DNA of 64,000 nt. It comes from Macrostomum lignano. Taxonomy: Eukaryota. The position numbers and the translations under genes are program-made. Location: positions 352,336-416,335 of the forward strand of contig NIVC01000894.1 in assembly GCA_002269645.1 (NCBI GenBank). The letters run 5' to 3'. Under the pieces are notes generated by a model that was not told the origin of the DNA, did no database searches, and worked only from the letters and a program-made list of their open reading frames with translations. Below, piece by piece: positions 61,401 to 64,000 of the stretch (within the stretch, counting starts at the first letter, position 1; each line of letters starts with the position of its first letter).

Positions 61401-63525
61401 TACGATATCCGGTCGGACGTTTGGTCCCTGGGCATCAGCCTGGTGGAGCTGGCCACCGGCCGGCACCCGCTGGCCGACTGCGCCACCGAGATGGAGATGC
61501 TCACAAGGATTGTTGACGAGCCGCCGCCGCAGCTGCCTCTGACCGGATTTACCGATCATTTTCGAGAGTTTGTAGCTCGCTGGTGAGTGCGCGTTTCCCT
61601 GCTTACATCTTGAATACGCGACAAGTACGCAGGAACCTAAGTACTCATGTACCTAAGTACGCATGTACCTAAGTACGCATGTACCTAAGTACGCATGAAC
61701 CTAAGTACGCATGAACCTAAGTACTCATATACCTAAGTACGCATGTACCTAAGTACGCATGTACCTAAGTACGCATGTACCTAAGTACGCATGTACCTAA
61801 GTACGCATGTACCTAAGTATGCATCAATTCAAGTACGCGTGACCTAAGTAAGCATGTACCTAAGTACGCATGTACCTAGGTACGCATGCACCTAAGTATG
61901 TACCTTAGTAATCACTGCCTAAGTACGCATTGTCTCTTCAAATGCGCCTGTACTTCTTAGTACACAGGTACCTGAGTACCAATTACGTTTAGTACATAAG
62001 CCATTTACCTAAGTAGGATTGCGAATTTGCAGTACGCGTGTACCTCTAAAAAATATACAAGGCTTATTTTAATCAAGTACTTCTTAGCTCTATTGAGTAC
62101 GCGTGTACTTTCTAAACGATTGTAATTTTCTCCTCGGTCGGGTCTTGTTTCCCATTAATATTGCGGATACTCGCACAGCTAATCCAGAGCTCCCGCCCGC
62201 TAATTCTTAAGCTTCTTAGGCTCGAATAGAAAAAACAGAAGCATTTTTTGTCTCTATCAAAATCGCAGGATACTCGAGTCAGTTATTTTTAGCTGTCTAA
62301 ACCTTCTGCCTGTTCTGCTGCACTGCAGTTTTGATTTGGAATTTCCCCGGAGCAAACCATGAGGAACATTTCCTGACTTTCCTGTCCGTTCGCGAATCTC
62401 AAACTCAATTTCAGCCTTTGACTTGCACTGCCGTTTTTTTAAGCACAAAGCGACCAGTTCTCTTTTTGGCTTCTTTTTTTGCTTCCTGTGTGAACTATTG
62501 CTCTTATTAGTCCTCAAGTGCTTGTCGAGGACGGCCCTGACTTTATTTTCTTCTCTAGACGCCGCTCTAAAATCGTCAAAGAGTTGCCTAAGAATCAATT
62601 GAGGCGTTTTCGATTGTCTGCGACTCGGACGACTCTGCGGATCGTAGAAGACACTGAAGAATCATGATTTGAATCGCATATTTTGCCATCTATAAACACC
62701 TCTATTTAGTCTATGGGAGTTGGTAGAAAGTTGACAGAAACAAACGTCTCTTGGGACGACTTTTTGCGACTTAACGGTCAGTCTCCGTTGCGTAGAGTCC
62801 AGTAGCAAGTTGTTTGCAACGACTTTTTTAGCGACTCTGCTGTAAATTGGCGCGAAAGTATAATCAGTGGCGCTAAATTGAGCCAGAAATATCATCTTCT
62901 GGCGCGTAATTGGCGCCAAAGTCTCCTCGCAGCGCAAATTGGCGCCAAAATATTATTTGCGGCCCTAAATTGGCCATAAAGTCTGAAATTGGCGCTAAAA
63001 TCTCATCCTTGGCGCTAAATTAGCGCCAAAAAATCTGCGGCGCTAAAGCCATAAATTGTCGCCAAAATATCATCTGCTGTGCTAAATTGGCCCTAAAGTC
63101 TGAAATTGGCGCCAAAGTCTCATCCTCGGCGCTAAATTGGCGCCAAATTATCATCCGCATCGCTAAGATTTTTCCATCAATGGGGCTTTTGTTACCCAAG
63201 CGATTTTAATTCTTTCATTTATTTTGTACAAGTATTTCGTTCATTTTTTTATGCTAGGTTATAATTTTTTCGATACATATCGGTATATTTTCCCATTCGC
63301 AAAAAATAATCCTTTCACAGCCTAACCAAGGACGTGAGTCTGCGGCCGAAGTACCAGCGGCTGCTCGGCCACGACTTCATCAAATATCACGAGCAGACTC
63401 AGACGGATCTGGCCGACTGGCTGGCCGAGGTTCGAATCCGCTGTCCGGGCCTGGCCTCGCCAAGCGGAAGCACCGGCGGTGGAAGCAGTTCCGGAAGTAG
63501 CGGAGCCGGAAGTGCGCCGGAGTAG
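55414..63525 (+). CDS. MAP2K7: Dual-specificity MAP kinase kinase 7 (JNK kinase); 5 exons; 483 aa as written, true C-terminus may extend to 63832
   Basis: Exons 55414-55720, 57467-57599, 59985-60411, 61203-61582 and 63321-63525 (phases 1, 2, 0, 2). D-site-like RRPTAKLSLPL and RRRMLPV; [55 protein letters not shown]. Confidence 0.92.
56085..56515. repeat. 21-bp minisatellite (AAGTCGCAATCAGGAGGAACT), MAP2K7 intron 1
   Basis: About 20 units. Confidence 0.9.
57655..58335. repeat. 23-bp AG-rich minisatellite (GAGAGTGAGATAAGAGCGATGCA), MAP2K7 intron 2
   Basis: About 29 units. Confidence 0.93.
58921..59880. repeat. 33-34-bp minisatellite (GGGTCTTTGTTCAGCTACCATTGCTATCACCACC) with 200-bp higher-order period
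   Basis: About 28 units; identical variant blocks at 59111, 59311 and 59511. Confidence 0.93.
60420..60985. repeat. 44-45-bp minisatellite, MAP2K7 intron 3
   Basis: GGGATTTTTCTGTGACTGTCGTTTGGGATTTGGGATAACTGAGAT, about 12 units. Confidence 0.9.
61625..61985. repeat. 16-bp minisatellite (ACCTAAGTACGCATGT), MAP2K7 intron 4
   Basis: About 12 regular units plus degenerate flanks. Confidence 0.88.
62845..63165. repeat. Degenerate AAATTGGCGCCAAA repeat cluster
   Basis: About 12 GGCGC(C/T)AAA motifs; a related cluster starts at 63905 and runs off the window. Confidence 0.6.
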
Positions 63526-64000
63526 CGGCGGCTGGAGGTGCGGCTGCGGCTGCCCCGGCGGCGGCGGCGGCGGCTACAGCGGCCGGGAGTTCGGCCTCCA
63601 GCAGCGCGGCTTTCCGTCGCCATCGTCAGCTGTCTGCCGGGTCGCAGGGCTCGAGCTCGGGCTACGGCTCGGTGGACAACAGCTCGCCGTCCTCCCTGCA
63701 GAGCCGGTCGCCCAGCGCTCCGAAACCGCTGGCTGTCAGCAGCACCAGCAGCTGCCGCAGCCTCCGCCTAGGCTTCATCACTCTCAGCAGGCTCAGTACT
63801 CTACGCCTGAGTCGCCTCTGCCGCCATTTTAACCTGTTCTCTTCAGCTGCTTGTTTACCGCTGTCTCAGCGGGGTTCGCGTTTGAGAGTTCAACTGGTTG
63901 TCAGATGGCGCCAAATCAGATTTGTCAGATTTGTCTAATGGCGCTAAATTATTTTTGAAATGGCGTCAAGTTGGATTTGTCAGATGGCGCCAAGTCGATT

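Overview
Eukaryotic (metazoan) genomic DNA with GC-rich exons and introns packed with minisatellites. This style resembles the flatworm Macrostomum, but that is inference only. Six spliced genes can be reconstructed with in-phase GT-AG junctions. On the minus strand: a HAD-IIA phosphatase (PGP/PDXP-like, one apparent frameshift), a tetraspanin (no clear final EC2-Cys/TM4 exon), PACRG and COMMD2. On the plus strand: LSM14 and MAP2K7/MKK7. The first ~19.8 kb is an uninterrupted head-to-tail train of non-autonomous Helitron-like elements from several subfamilies, all on the minus strand (5' TC...ATACTAAA ends; 3' hairpin plus CTAG or CTCG). They variously carry minisatellite arrays, (TTAGGG)n tracts and a tRNA/SINE-like Pol III head. 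A solo copy at 22067-26661 sits in an A|T site with no TSD and confirms the termini. The rest holds two tRNA-derived SINEs, several MITEs (two with 9-10 bp TSDs), a possible foldback element and about 20 tandem arrays. The most interesting items are the mixed-family Helitron train, the tetraspanin-to-PGP junction, a hidden MKK7 C-terminal tail containing SSGYGS, and splice acceptors just upstream of three start codons. All coordinates were read by eye. No database searches were run.
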